A DNA stretch of 64,000 nucleotides, from positions 62,001 through 126,000 of the forward strand of contig CBFFRQ010000056.1 of NCBI GenBank assembly GCA_965644315.1, given 5' to 3'. The notes under the pieces are model-generated. The model was not told the origin of the DNA. It saw only the letters and a list, made by a program, of their open reading frames with translations, and did no database searches. This DNA comes from Caecitellus pseudoparvulus (lineage: Eukaryota; Protista; Bigyra: Bicosoecida). Every line of letters begins with the position of its first letter. Within the stretch, counting starts at the first letter, position 1. Both the position numbers and the translations under genes were made by a program. This document shows, piece by piece, positions 40,370-52,586 of the stretch.

Positions 40370-43300
40370 TCACTCCCCCCGCGCCTTCAGCACTTCCTCG
40401 TACGCCGCGTTGATGGCTTTGAACTTCTCAGCACCCTCAGCCTGCTTCTCCTGCGATGCACCGGCCAGCTTGTCAGGGTGCCACTTCAGCGCAAGCTTTC
40501 GGTACGCTTTCTTCACCTCCGACGTGCTGGCGGAGTGCGACACGCCCAGCACACTGTACGAGCTGACGCTGGCGCCACTTGCTGCACCTGCTCCGGCGCC
40601 TGCATGACCAGAGTGCTGCTGCCGTTGCCGCCAGCCGTGGCGAGAGCGCTGTTGCCGCCCTGACCTGGACTTTTTTCCACTGTGGGTCTTCTGCTCTGCC
40701 CCCTCACCGCCTTGACCTCCAGCCCAACCAGACTGCTGGTACCGATAGGAATGCCCCCGAGACTGGGGCCCGTACCGCCCCCCCTGCGCCCCCCCTGCGT
40801 CTCCCCCACGGGGCATGTCCTGCCACGCGAAGCCTGCCTTGGGGTACTCTTCGGGTCTGTGGGCGCCGCCCCTGCCCTGCGCTCTGCGAGCGCGCCGCCG
40901 CGCTGCCTCTGCCTCGCGTGCCTTCGCCTGGGCCTTAGCCTTGGCCTCGGCCCGCTCCCGCTGGGCGGCAGCCTCTGCCGCTGCCCGTGCTCGAGCGCGG
41001 GCCTCCACGTGCGCCTGCCGCAAGAGGTCCCGCATGGAGTCTGCCTCCTCATTCGCCTGCCGCAACTCCTCACGGGTCTCTGCCAGCAGCCGGGCAATGT
41101 CCGGATCCCGCCCCAGCCCATATGCACGCACAGCCCCAGCATCCACCGTGAAGTCCCCTGGCGGAGCGACACCCGGACTGCCCACAGCGCCAACCCGCTT
41201 GAGCAACTTGATGAGCTCTTGCAGGCACCGGCGTGCTTCGGCGTACTGGCTGCCGTCAAAGTCGCCTTGCAGTGCCGCATTGCGCCGAGCCTCCACGACT
41301 GCCTTGCCAGCAGCGGAGCGTGCGCGTTCCTGCAGGGCCCGAGCACAGCGCGTCGCTGCGCGGACGTGGTGGGGCTCGTGCTTCAGAGCGAAGGTGGAGG
41401 CGTCGATGGCGGACTCCCAGTCTGCGCGGCGCATGGAGACAGCGGAAGCGTTGGACCACAAGTGCGCCAGCAGCACGGGGCACCAGGTGAACTCTGCTGC
41501 CGCTGACGTGATGCACCAGAGGTGTGGCAGGGACGCAATGCCAGTGGTGCCGCGCACGAGGCAGGTGGCCTTGCGGTGTGGCGGGGCGGCGGCCCGAGTG
41601 CTGGTCAGAAACTCCTCCATGGAGTCCAGGCACACCTCCATGCCCTCACCCGATTGCAGCGCCGCCTGATACCCACCAACGGCAGCCACGGCATCCACCA
41701 CCAAACGCCGTCGATGCCGTCGGGCGAAGGGCCCTGTAGAGCCCCCCAAGGCGGACCACTGCCCACACGGAGAGCGCTCCAAAGGGTCCCCCTCTGGCTC
41801 GCGGTGCAGCACACACATTCCTCGGCCCTCCAGCGCCTGGTCGAAGACGTAGTCGCCGTCGTCTGAGTCCACCATGTCTTGGGCCTCGCCACTTCGTGTG
41901 AGGGGGGAGCGCGCTGCGAAGGCAGAGGCTGTGGCTGGGAACGCTCGGTGGTCGGCGCCGCCCACGCCAAAGTTCAAAGCGCGTAGCAGGACACTGGACT
42001 CGCTGAGCGCCTCACGAAGCAGCTGCATGGCTGCCTCGTACTTTGCGTCTGCGTCGTCCAGCTCCTCACTGGCAAAATACCGATTTCCATCAGCCTTCAA
42101 ACTGCCCACGCGCGCCATGAGCCGGGCACTCCACACGGCCCACGGGTGCTCGCCATGTGCGGCAGGGTGCACCAGTTCCAGCAGCCGCGCTGCCAGGGCC
42201 TCGTCGTCACAGCACCAGGCACAGCGAGCGGCGACGATGGCCAGGGAGCACTCCTCCGGGGTCACGCCCTCGGACAGCAGCTGATAGCTGGTGTCGCCTT
42301 GCATAGTCTGCAGCCACGCCTCCTCTGCTGCTGACGCTGCTTCCTGTACAAACGCCCGCGCGACGTCTTGGCGCTGGGAGGTGGGCTCGCACCGCCCTCC
42401 CAGGCACGTGGGCAGCGCAAGCAGGCAGGCCTCCAGGGCAGCATGCGGCTGCCGCTGCAGCAGCAGCGCCTGTGCCTTGATGGCCACAGCAACAGGGGAC
42501 CACATCTCAGCTGCAGCAGTGGCATTTTCCACCAGCTGCAAGGCCCGCTTGCCCTCCCCCTCACGCAGCGCGTCGGCAGCGGCGCTGACCTGGGCCTCAT
42601 GTAGCCGAATGCGTGTGCGCAGGTGCTGCACGTCTTTCATCTGCACGATCTCAGACAGGTTGTGCAGCCCAGTGTCCAGCACGCGAGCCGTCCACCTTGC
42701 CTGGTCCTCTTTCGCCTTCCGCGCCGCTGCAGTGGCGTGTTGGAAAGCACGCCGCAGAAACAGCCGGGCGTCCCACAGCTGCCCCAGGTAGCACAGCGCA
42801 GTGGCGGCACGCAGATTCGCACGCACGTACCCCGGCTTGAGGGCTGCCGCCCTGAGGGAATCACTCAGCGCTAGTGCATACTGCCCTTGCATGACGCGGG
42901 CAGCGGCCCGGTTGCACCTGTGTGTCGCGTCACCTGGCGCAAGCGACACCAGGCGACAGTACTTGTGTTCAGCCTCCGCCCAGTTCCCTGCTTTGTACGC
43001 ACGGCGCGCTGCATCCTTGAGCTCGAGCGTTTTTGCGCTGGCTTCAAACGCCTCGAAGGCGGCTGCCCCCTTGCTTGCGTCAGCGGGGACAGGGAAGAGG
43101 CGAGGGGAGTCGCGCGCAGATCGGGCGGAAGCCGGCCTGCCCCGCCTTTTACGGGAAGGGGACTTCGGTGCCAAGAGTGGGGAGTCAGCTGGGGAAGACT
43201 CGGAGCTCGTGCTGGCCCCCGGCGCGTGCACAGAGTCCACAGCCGTGTCCACCGTGTGTTCGAAGGAGGATGCAGGCGCGGGTTCGCTGGGCCCACCAGC

Positions 43301-44026
43301 AGCCTGCTTGCCCAGGCTGGAGAACAATCCCCCGCCTGCAGCAGTAAAGTCCTGTGCAGCCTGGGCTTGCCCCGTAGACGACAGGCCAGAGAACAGGCCG
43401 GAGCCCTGCATCACAGGCGTGTGCATGGGTGGCGGGGCGAAAGGCGTGTCTGTGCCGGGCCGTGGCGGAGAAGACTGCTTTGGCCGACTGCCTGCGAATA
43501 CAGGTTCCTGACTCAGCTTGCTGCTCGACATGTGTTCTGACGCAAGGGACGGCGTGAGGAAGGGGTTTGAGAGGAACAAGCCGCTGGTGCCGGGACCTGC
43601 AGCGGGTGTGGGTGGAGCACTGCCGTCAACAGCATCCGCCGCGTCTAGGAACGGGTTGCTCCGCATGAACGACTGCCGCAGTGCATCCAGCTGTTCATCA
43701 AGCTGCTCATCCTGTTCGCTGCCCTCTTCTTCACTCGTCCAGCCATCGTCGGGTGGTAGTGGAATGGTGGAGGGGTGCGAGTCAGTGGACGCTGCCCTTG
43801 CAAAGGGTACAGATTCGTCGAAAGCAGGCGCAGGCGGAATGGAAGCACTGGGTTCATCATGCCCAGCACTCGCAGTAGACTGCTCAGGGGCTGCAGCCTT
43901 GGCCAGGAAAGGGTTATCACGCGCAAAGTCAGGCAGCGTTTCGCTTGGTGCTGCACCGACCCCACCACCCCCCAAAGGAGCGCTGCTGGAACTGGGCGCA
44001 CCCCAGAACAACCCTCCCTGCTGCAT
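40370..44026 (-). CDS. TPR plus J-domain co-chaperone (DNAJC7-like) with long disordered N-terminus
   Basis: TPR motifs [15 protein letters not shown] and LWSNASA. C-terminal J domain YSVLGV...[16 protein letters not shown]...[11 protein letters not shown]. The start is uncertain. Confidence 0.85.
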   Translation of the reverse strand: MQQGGLFWGAPSSSSAPLGGGGVGAAPSETLPDFARDNPFLAKAAAPEQSTASAGHDEPSASIPPAPAFDESVPFARAASTDSHPSTIPLPPDDGWTSEEEGSEQDEQLDEQLDALRQSFMRSNPFLDAADAVDGSAPPTPAAGPGTSGLFLSNPFLTPSLASEHMSSSKLSQEPVFAGSRPKQSSPPRPGTDTPFAPPPMHTPVMQGSGLFSGLSSTGQAQAAQDFTAAGGGLFSSLGKQAAGGPSEPAPASSFEHTVDTAVDSVHAPGASTSSESSPADSPLLAPKSPSRKRRGRPASARSARDSPRLFPVPADASKGAAAFEAFEASAKTLELKDAARRAYKAGNWAEAEHKYCRLVSLAPGDATHRCNRAAARVMQGQYALALSDSLRAAALKPGYVRANLRAATALCYLGQLWDARLFLRRAFQHATAAARKAKEDQARWTARVLDTGLHNLSEIVQMKDVQHLRTRIRLHEAQVSAAADALREGEGKRALQLVENATAAAEMWSPVAVAIKAQALLLQRQPHAALEACLLALPTCLGGRCEPTSQRQDVARAFVQEAASAAEEAWLQTMQGDTSYQLLSEGVTPEECSLAIVAARCAWCCDDEALAARLLELVHPAAHGEHPWAVWSARLMARVGSLKADGNRYFASEELDDADAKYEAAMQLLREALSESSVLLRALNFGVGGADHRAFPATASAFAARSPLTRSGEAQDMVDSDDGDYVFDQALEGRGMCVLHREPEGDPLERSPCGQWSALGGSTGPFARRHRRRLVVDAVAAVGGYQAALQSGEGMEVCLDSMEEFLTSTRAAAPPHRKATCLVRGTTGIASLPHLWCITSAAAEFTWCPVLLAHLWSNASAVSMRRADWESAIDASTFALKHEPHHVRAATRCARALQERARSAAGKAVVEARRNAALQGDFDGSQYAEARRCLQELIKLLKRVGAVGSPGVAPPGDFTVDAGAVRAYGLGRDPDIARLLAETREELRQANEEADSMRDLLRQAHVEARARARAAAEAAAQRERAEAKAKAQAKAREAEAARRRARRAQGRGGAHRPEEYPKAGFAWQDMPRGGDAGGAQGGRYGPQSRGHSYRYQQSGWAGGQGGEGAEQKTHSGKKSRSGRQQRSRHGWRQRQQHSGHAGAGAGAASGASVSSYSVLGVSHSASTSEVKKAYRKLALKWHPDKLAGASQEKQAEGAEKFKAINAAYEEVLKARGE

Positions 44027-44373
44027 TCTGATAAATTCGTTCGCGGAGTCTGGCACCTGCGAGCGTTTACTCCACAGAAGGCAAGGAAACAGCAGGAAAA
44101 CGGAGGACTGGCGTTACGGTGACACCCAAGCCTGGTACAGGTCTCCTTCGCAAGGCTGCAGCTCAACGAAGCAGCATGGGGGACTGGAAAGCTGCGTCCA
44201 CCACTCCAGAGAAGTAGCACCCTGCACCCTCGAGAGTGATATCCGTTTTGAATGGTCAGCGTGTTTTCAGCACGTGCCAGAGCGCCCACCGGCGTGCTTC
44301 CCAGCATCCTCTGGCCCAAGATGAAGGACAAACCGCCGTGCATGCACACACTACTTGCATTGTCTCTAAGGAC

Positions 44374-47300
44374 TCACGATCGGACCCCCTCGGCGTGCCG
44401 CACGTGGGCCTTGATGATCCGCTTGGCTGCCTCTGCTGCCCTCGCAGACTTGCTGAACACGTACTCGGGAATGAGCAGAACAAGCGTGCGGGCCGCAACC
44501 AAGTCCCCCACGAGGCGATCTGAATATAGCCAAATGGCCCACACGTCCAGGATCAAGAGAAGGCAGCCAGCAGCCATGCAGGCAGCCAGGCCGGCGAGCA
44601 CATCATCCACCGTCGCGTCAGCACGGGCCTTGTTTGCACGGTTTGTCTCCAGCAGCGCATCACGAAGGATCGTGCGGTCCAATGCGTTTATTTGTCGCAA
44701 CTTGAACAGCGTCCGTGCTGTGGCTGCGTCCCCTGCGCGGACGAGGGCAGTGCCGTTCCCCTGTGAAGCGTGCAGCGCCTGCAAGTCAGCCAGCACGGAG
44801 TCGCCAAGAGAAAACACGCGCAGTAAGCTTTGAATGATGCCCCCCGTGGAGGGAATCGAGTCGAAAGCTGTTGTGCAGTTGACCTGGAAGACCGGGTCCT
44901 TGACACAGGCGTTGTTCAGCAGCAGTCCGAACTCCTCAGAGTCCGTGTCCAGGGGCGGCACCTGCACGCCCCGCACGGTGGAGCCATGCACCAAGCTTGA
45001 CACAGTTTCAGTGCAAAAGTCTGCCAAGGCCTGTGCCTCCCGTGGCATGTCAGGGGTGAACGTGAACGCGGCGCCGTTAACGAGCAGGCTCGTGTAGTCA
45101 GCGAGTGCCTGCGTGATGTCGTCAACCTGCACCATGCGCCGGGTCGCAATCTCCTCCGCTCGAAATCCTGAAGTTGCCAACTGGCTGGAAGCCGTCTGAG
45201 TCACCAGCAACAAGACGATGGTCGGCAGCATGCCCATGAGCAGCGCTCGCAAGACCACCCCCGAGCAACAGGCGTCCACACCTCGCGCCCGAGAGCGCCG
45301 GCGAGGCTTCCAGCAATTCCTCCAGGTCGGCGGGGGTTCTCGTGAATGCCCGTTGCTTCGCCGGTGATGCGGGTGGCGGCCAGGCGACAGCTGAGACTTT
45401 CCTGCAGTGGGGGAGGGGTCTATTCCCTGGATGGTGGAGGAAAAATCGCGCTGCAATCCTGGTTCAGACAGCGTGCGCATGGGGGACATGTCGGTGTCGC
45501 CGGCAATGGAGGAGCCGAAGCGACTATCCTGGGTCATCATTCGCGAACTCGGTGGAGACAGCGCCTTCGGGCTTGGGCGTGGCTCCGACTTTCCACTCGG
45601 CCCTGCCTTGTAGGCGTGCCCGCCAATCGTGACAACAGTTGGGTGCGTTCCCTGTTTGCTGTCCAGCACATGCTTGGACACGCCTCGCGCAGCACCAGTG
45701 CGAGCTCCAGACAGGGGCGTTGGCCGGGGCGGCTGTCCGCTCAGGCGAGTGGTAGCGGGGAGGGTATGCTCTCTCGGGGTTCCCTGGGGGCTGCCCCGCG
45801 TGGTGTGGCTGTCGTCTTGCAGACTGGGCAGCGTGTCGTCCACTGCCAGCGGGGAGGAAGGCAATGTGGGCACGTTTCTTCGAGCAGAGCTCATGCCCCC
45901 CGCATCACTTGTCATACTGAGGCTCATTTCATCTGCAAAAGAATGCTGTTTGGCGACTTCCAGCGGCTCGGCATGCTGCCCGGGTGGAACCGAAGTGTGG
46001 CCACCATCAGAGTCTGACGTCGAATCCGAGCCAATGTCGCCCATGGCAGCGTTAGAACTGGCTTGCTGCAGGAGCCACTCGTCCACCATCTCCACACGGA
46101 CATCCACACGACGAATGTCGCTGATTTTGTTCTGCACCACCTCTGCTTGAGCCCGGGCGTGCCGGCGCGAGAGCTGAGCCATTAGGCGGATGGGAGCATA
46201 ATACTCGGCCGCAAAGCGCTGCAGTGAGTACAACAGCCCAAAGGACATGAAAAGCGTGAATCCAGCGACAACACCAGCGTACAGGAAGTCAATGAGCGTC
46301 AGGAAGGACTGGGCAGCCACAACGAGCGCCTCAGACTTGAAGTGCAGGGATCGACGAAACGCTGGGACCATGACAGGTCTGAAGTTCATCTCAATCTGTG
46401 GTGTCTGGGGCAGTGTGTCAATGGGGGTGCTGGATGGCTCCTCAGTGACGGTGCGGGTGATCTGCACGCCCCACTCGCCAGCCTCGAAGATGGAGCGGTA
46501 AAACACTGCGCCGCTGTCCGATAGAACTGGCACCAACCGCTGCGTGTCGTACTTCAGGTCCCCGCCGTCAACCAGGAAGCTGAAGAACTCCTCCAGTGCT
46601 GCAGCAGTGGAGGAGTTCGCAGGCGATGGTCGGGTGGCCAATACATCTGCCTTGTCGATCCCCTTCGACGCCACGACTGCGTCAACAGCCGCGCGTGAGA
46701 GCCCAGCGTTAGCTGCCAGCACGCTCGAGGCATCGTCCATGGTGCGAAGCAGGAACTGCAGCTCCCGCTCAGATTCAGTCGCTGCTTCCAGCTCTGTGCC
46801 CTGCTGGCGAAGGCGAATGCGCTCCAGAGCAGACGCAACCCATCGAGTGGAGTGCGTGCGGAGCCCGGCGGCCTGCAAGCTGCTGCTCATTCGCTGAGCG
46901 TCGTCAAAACCTTGCGGCAGCCACCAAGAGGCAAGCAGGACAAGACAGGCCACGACGAGCACTCCAACAACCCACAAAAGCCACTTCATGGTATTTGCAT
47001 GCGGGTTCGAGTACTTTGAAGTCATGGACGTCGCCTCCTGTCGCGTCCGCCTGGCGAGGGAGTGTGTGGGGTGCAAGAGAATATTGCGCAGGACATGTGC
47101 CCACTGGCGCATGATGCTCGGCATGCCTTTCGAGTCTTGTCGAGGGGCAAGGCGCTGTGCAGCTGCTGGGGCAGGAAGGGCCCGGGGCTTCGTGCCCGAC
47201 ACAGGCTGGCGCTTCCCCTCCAACTCCATGTCGGTCGGCTCAGACACAGCAATGCCTTGGAAAGAAAGTCTGCGCTCGTCAGCACGGTTCGGAGGGGGTG

Positions 47301-50300
47301 TAGACGGTGCGGCGGCCACTGTGTCTACCTTGGCCTCCTCATCCTCAATCTCTTCCACCACGACCAGGAACTTGTCAACGAGCCCGCTGGAGTCGTGCAG
47401 GAACGGCAGCGCCTGCACTGTCAGGCGTACCATGACAGGCCCACCTGCATCTTCCTCCTGCAACAGGCCGCACTCCACAGCAGTTGCCAGTCCTCCCATT
47501 CCAGCTGGGCTCCCTGCACTGCGGTGCAGGGCAGTTCGCAGCGAGCGAGTCTCCATGAGGTTGCATGAGAGGTGAACGCCTGTCCCAGCCGCATCCCGCT
47601 CGCCACCTGCAGCCTTGGCAGACTGGTACCGTGCCAAACCCTCTCGAGGGATGATCAAGTCCCGCAACAGCTGCACATTGCCCGCAGCCAGAGCAGCGCT
47701 AGACACACCGAGCTTTGCCAGCAGGCCGGCACAAGTTCCAGTAACCGTCAAGTCTGCCCACTTCACAACCTTGGGAGCAGTGGTGCCACTGGGCGCCCGG
47801 GTGCCGATATCAAACGGCAGCGTCGCTGCTGATCCATTTCGCAAGGCTTCTTCGTTCTTCACTTTGGCCTTGCACAGCAAGAGGCCGGCGGTGGAGCGCA
47901 CAGGGCGCAGCAGGAAGTGGATGTGGGAGGCGGTGAGCTCCTGAAGGGAGTCTGCCTTCGCGTTCACGGATTCTTGGGCCATGCAAACGAGGGGAACGAG
48001 GTACTGGCCCACTGTGTGCCAGCCCAGCCACAGCTGGGGCACACGCCACCTGAAGGCGGAATAAATGGGGATGTCGGGCTGCACAGGGGCCCCCTGGGCA
48101 ACGCTGTCTTGGATGGAGTCAAACATGGACTGGCCCAGCAGAGGCGGGAAGATGGTCGTGACGCGGGCGCCAATGAGATCCATGGCATGGCGCCCGAACA
48201 TATGGGTTGTGGCCTTGCTCACATCCGTGATGACGCCCTGTGAGGCACCGTCAATGCTCATGAGCAGCGTGGCGTCGTCATCGCTGACGACTGTAGCACC
48301 AATGGCCACTTGCGTGCTGCCGAGCACTGCTGTGCGCAAGCCGATCATGTGGTCCTGCAGGCCCTGCACGGTTTCGATGCGATCTGCCCGCAGCTGAAGC
48401 TGGTCAGCCATCATGGCCGCGCCAACGACGTGGCGCAGGTACATGGCATACTGGCGCAATGCAGCGGGGTTGTCGGGTAGAATGTCCAGGGCTGATGAAA
48501 AGAGCATGTCTGCTTTGTGAGACGCGTGAATCATGGCGTGGGCCCGGGAGAGGACAGACTCAGACGCCACAGACGTCTCAGATAGCAGCGTCCAAACCTG
48601 CAGCTGCGACGACAGCGCGTCAGCCTGCGCAGCGGAGGCGTCTTGCAGCACTTCCTTGAACTGCTGTCTCACAAGGGGGTTCGTAGATGCCCGCAACACA
48701 GCCTGCACTTCGTGGGCGACCTGCTGGCTGGAGCTGTGCGTGGCGACAGACGGAGCAGCGGAGCTCGCTGCACCGCCATGTGGCGCTGATGTCGATGTGT
48801 CCAGCGTCATCACTGACCCGCGGTCAGATACAAGCCCCATGTGCGTCGAGGGTGCCACCGACGGTCCCCCGCTGCCCTGCTCGCTGCCCCTACCCGAAGA
48901 CTTGAGCAGGTCGCGTACATGCAGTGCCAGGCGCAAGACAGCGCAGTGCACCGATACATCTAGCCAGCTTGACGACATGTGTGCATGGCGCAGGTGCCGC
49001 ATGACTTTGTGAATGCTGCCGGGGATGCGTTTCCGGCCACCAACAGTGCGGGTCAGGATGATGTCAGCGACAGACATCTCGAGCAGCGCGGCGGCAATGT
49101 GCAGACGCGAGGAGCCAGGCCAATGCCCAGCAGCCCACACTGCACGGTCATGGGCCAGCACCAGCGCATCAGCAACGCGGCGAGCCTGCATGCCAGCTTT
49201 GTCGGACAGCGTGACGGCGGCGAGCTTGGCCCGTTCCCGCACGGAGATGTGCTCGAACATGGCTCGGATGGCCTTGCTCTCCGTGGAAGCAGCCCACATG
49301 AGCGCCTGGATGGAGCCCATGGCCGCCTCTGCAGAGTGCAGCGCGTCGCCCCCCGCGTCCACAAGGTCAGCCATGCTGCTCATGCTCCAGTACTGTGCGA
49401 TGGCGACCCCCGCAGCTCCTGCCACAACACACAGCAAGCTCGCGGCGTTCCATGACAGTACCTTTGCGCCATCCTGGGATATCAAGTGGAAGATGGCGAT
49501 GCCGGCTGCAAATGCCGCGACAAACACAGACCGAGAGAGCTCCATTGCGTCCTTGGGGGACAGGTATCGGCGCTGCATCCTCAATGCGGCAGAGAGAGCC
49601 GCTGCCAGTGCCATGAAGACAAGCACAGCACTTCGGGTGGGGGGAGCTGACTCGAGCGTGCTCTGAAGTGCTAAGAAAGCTGTGCCGATGTCCAGCACGA
49701 GCCCGTAGGCGGAGTGATAGCCTGTGATGGTGCGCCAGGGTGAGGTCAGGTGATGTGGCGAAGCCTTGCTCCTTGTGAAGGCCACGCCACGTACCCCAGA
49801 AGCTGGAGATGCCGACGCTCTGGGAATCCGCATGAATGTGAAACACATTCGTGGTTGCTTTGAGAACAGCGAGCAGTGATGACAGCAGCGCGAAGGCAGC
49901 AGCCAAGGCGCTGGCTTCCGGCACGCCCCGGCTGATGCCAATGCAGGAAAGCGCCACGCCAGGCACCATCAGGACCGGCGCCAGCATGGTCAAGCCATTC
50001 ACTGCCGACACTAGGAGGGCTCGGCCGTTCTTCTTCTGGACGGGGGCTCCCCATGATGTCCTGCACAGGGGCACGGCAGCGTGAACGAGGCATGCACAGC
50101 GCTGCTGCTCGAGCCGTCGGCTGAGAAACGCTGCCACATACCAAACTTGGGCAAGGATGAGCGCGATGCCAAGGACGGTGAGGGCAAACGCCACGTCCAC
50201 GGCGATAGCCACAGATACTTTGGGGGTGCTTGCTGGTAGAATAGCGGCCGCGTACGCTGTGATGCCCAGCCACAGCCCAGAGTCGCCACGCACTTCGCTG

Positions 50301-50488
50301 GGCAAGGCGCCATGTAACACCGCTGCCGAGAGCTGCACTGCCACGAAGATGCTCAAGATCCACTCCGCAGCAGGGGGGATGCGGGTCGGATGGGCTGTGA
50401 TGCTGTACAGCACCTTGAGTGGGAATGGCACCAAGCTCTGGCCCCCGATGCCACTGTACCCGACGTCCTGGCGGTCGGCACGTGCCAT
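44374..50488 (-). CDS. Multi-pass membrane PAS-domain protein (TmcB/TmcC-like)
   Basis: N-terminal TM helices across two ORFs joined by an intron near 49750-49790. ALRQYAMYLRHV helical repeat, PAS-like GVITDVSKATTHMFG...LIGARVTTIFP and four later TM segments. Confidence 0.7.
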
Positions 50489-50914
50489 CCTCCTCGCGTC
50501 AGACTCTGGCAGCGTCACCTTCAGGCGACGAGTTGGGCCACGCCTGCGGGCTCTGATCCTTGTGCAGAGCAGCGTTCGAGGGCAGGGCTAGCAGGCACGG
50601 CTGATTCGCTTCCCGCTCCGGTGGGGTTAGTTTTGGCTGCAACTGAGCTTCTGGCCTGTAGCTGGAGAATGAGCAACTGCCGCGAACGATCTCACGATTG
50701 GCAGGTGAAAGCACGTTGGCAGTACCCCCCCCCCCTTGCTCGAAGGCGGGCGGGCCGTCCCGAGCAAGGCGGGGCCTGGGGAGTTACCCTGTAAATTCCA
50801 CGGCCCAGACAGCCCCCTTGCCCTGCGCACCCCATGTGCCACGCCTGGCTTCCACTGCAGCGCTCAGTGAAGCCTGCCGCTTACACCCGTAACTAGTAGC
50901 CACCCTCAGCAAGC

Positions 50915-52340
50915 ATGAAGACGACTACATGCATCCTTCTGGCTGCGGCCTCTGTCGCTGCTGCAGTGTCTCGCTCAGAAGTTGACTACCCGTCCTTCGA
51001 GGAGTGGTCGGTCCGCCACTCCAAGAGCTTCAGGGCGGACGAGTGAGAGGCACATGAAACGCTGGCAGCTTCGAAACGCTCTCAGCATGCCCTGCCACCC
51101 GGCACAGGGCTAACTACCGTCGGGAAGTATACCAACGCAACTTGGATCGTGTCAAGCTGCACAACTCTGCCGGGCACTCCTGGTGGATGGAGCTGAACCA
51201 GTTTGCAGGTGCGCAGATCGAATTCCGCCACATTCCGCACTTCTCCTTCGCCGTCGAGGTGAACAGTGGCCAGGCACCGCACAGCTCGCTCTGACGGCTC
51301 CTTTCACAGCCTTGACGCCTGCAGAGTTCAAGGCGACCTATCTGGGCCTGAAACCCATGCGCTCAGCTTTGCGCGGCGCCGAGGTCGGGATTGACGGATA
51401 CTTGCCGACCACGCTGGGCTCCCCCCTCCCCGCGACATTCAACTGGCAAGACCACCCTGGCATTTTGACGCCAGTGAAGAACCAGGCTCAGTGCGGCTCT
51501 GTGCGTAGCCACAGCTCCCCGTGAACTGAGTTCGCCGCGGCACAGCTCCCTGCTTCCCTTCGCAGTGCTGGGCGTTCAGCACTTCGGAGTCCATTGAGTC
51601 TGCCACGGCCATTGCGACAGGGACGCTGACGCCGCTGTCAGAGCAGCAGCTCGTGGACTGTGCTGGCGCGTGGAACAACCAGGGCTGTGATGGCGGTGCG
51701 TGGCGCACACCTGCCCTGCAAGCACTTTCATGCCTCAGGGACAGCGCCCAGACCCCTCCTCGCGCTGTTTGCAGGCAACCAGAACTGGGCTTACCGCTAC
51801 GTTATCGAGGAGGGCGGGCTGTGTACTGAAGCAGACTACCCTTACACCGGCCAGGACGGCAAGTGCAAGGCCAGCACCTGCGGCCCGAAGCACTCCCCCA
51901 TCCACAACTTCGCCTGGCCCCAGCACCGCAACATCACGGTCATGAAGGCAACTCTCCTGCAGCAGCCTGTGTCCATCGGCGTCAACGCCGGCGATAACTG
52001 GCAGTTTTACGGGGGCGGCGTCCTGAAGGACTCCTGCACGGGGGGCATCGACCACGCCGTGCTGGCCACTGGGTGGATCAACGTGCATGGCCAGAGCGCA
52101 TGGGCGGTGCGCAACTCCTGGACCGCAGGTTGGGGCGAACAGGGCTACATCTGGCTGGACATGAACTACAACTTGCCCAACGGCGTCTCCTGCATTCTGG
52201 ACCAGCCCATCATCCCCCTTGTCTCGGGGCCTATCCGGCACGACGACAGCCCAGCTCATGACTATGATGACCCCTGGAACACGACTTCGCCTTCCACGGG
52301 GGCCCCTTCAGATTCCAGCACCAGCGCAAGGGTGCTCTGA
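50915..52340 (+). CDS. Papain-family (C1A) cysteine protease, multi-exon
   Basis: Signal peptide, I29 propeptide (LNQFA|.LTPAEF), VKNQAQCGS|[38 protein letters not shown]. Confidence 0.95.
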
Positions 52341-52586
52341 GGCTGCCTCGCAGCTGCTCTTTGCTTTCGCCCGTGAAACCCAGCGGGGGCGGCACTCAAA
52401 TGCACTCGCTGACGGCACACGCGGCGCCTCAAAACAAGTTCGTGCGCTCCTTTACACATCGGTCAAATGCCTCACTGAACGAAGTCCCTGCTGGCTCTGT
52501 CCTGCGTCCTGCCCTGCTCTGCACGGCCTGCTTGCACTTGTGCACAAGCGGCTTCGGAGCCAAGTTCCGCAAGCTGCACGCCGACC

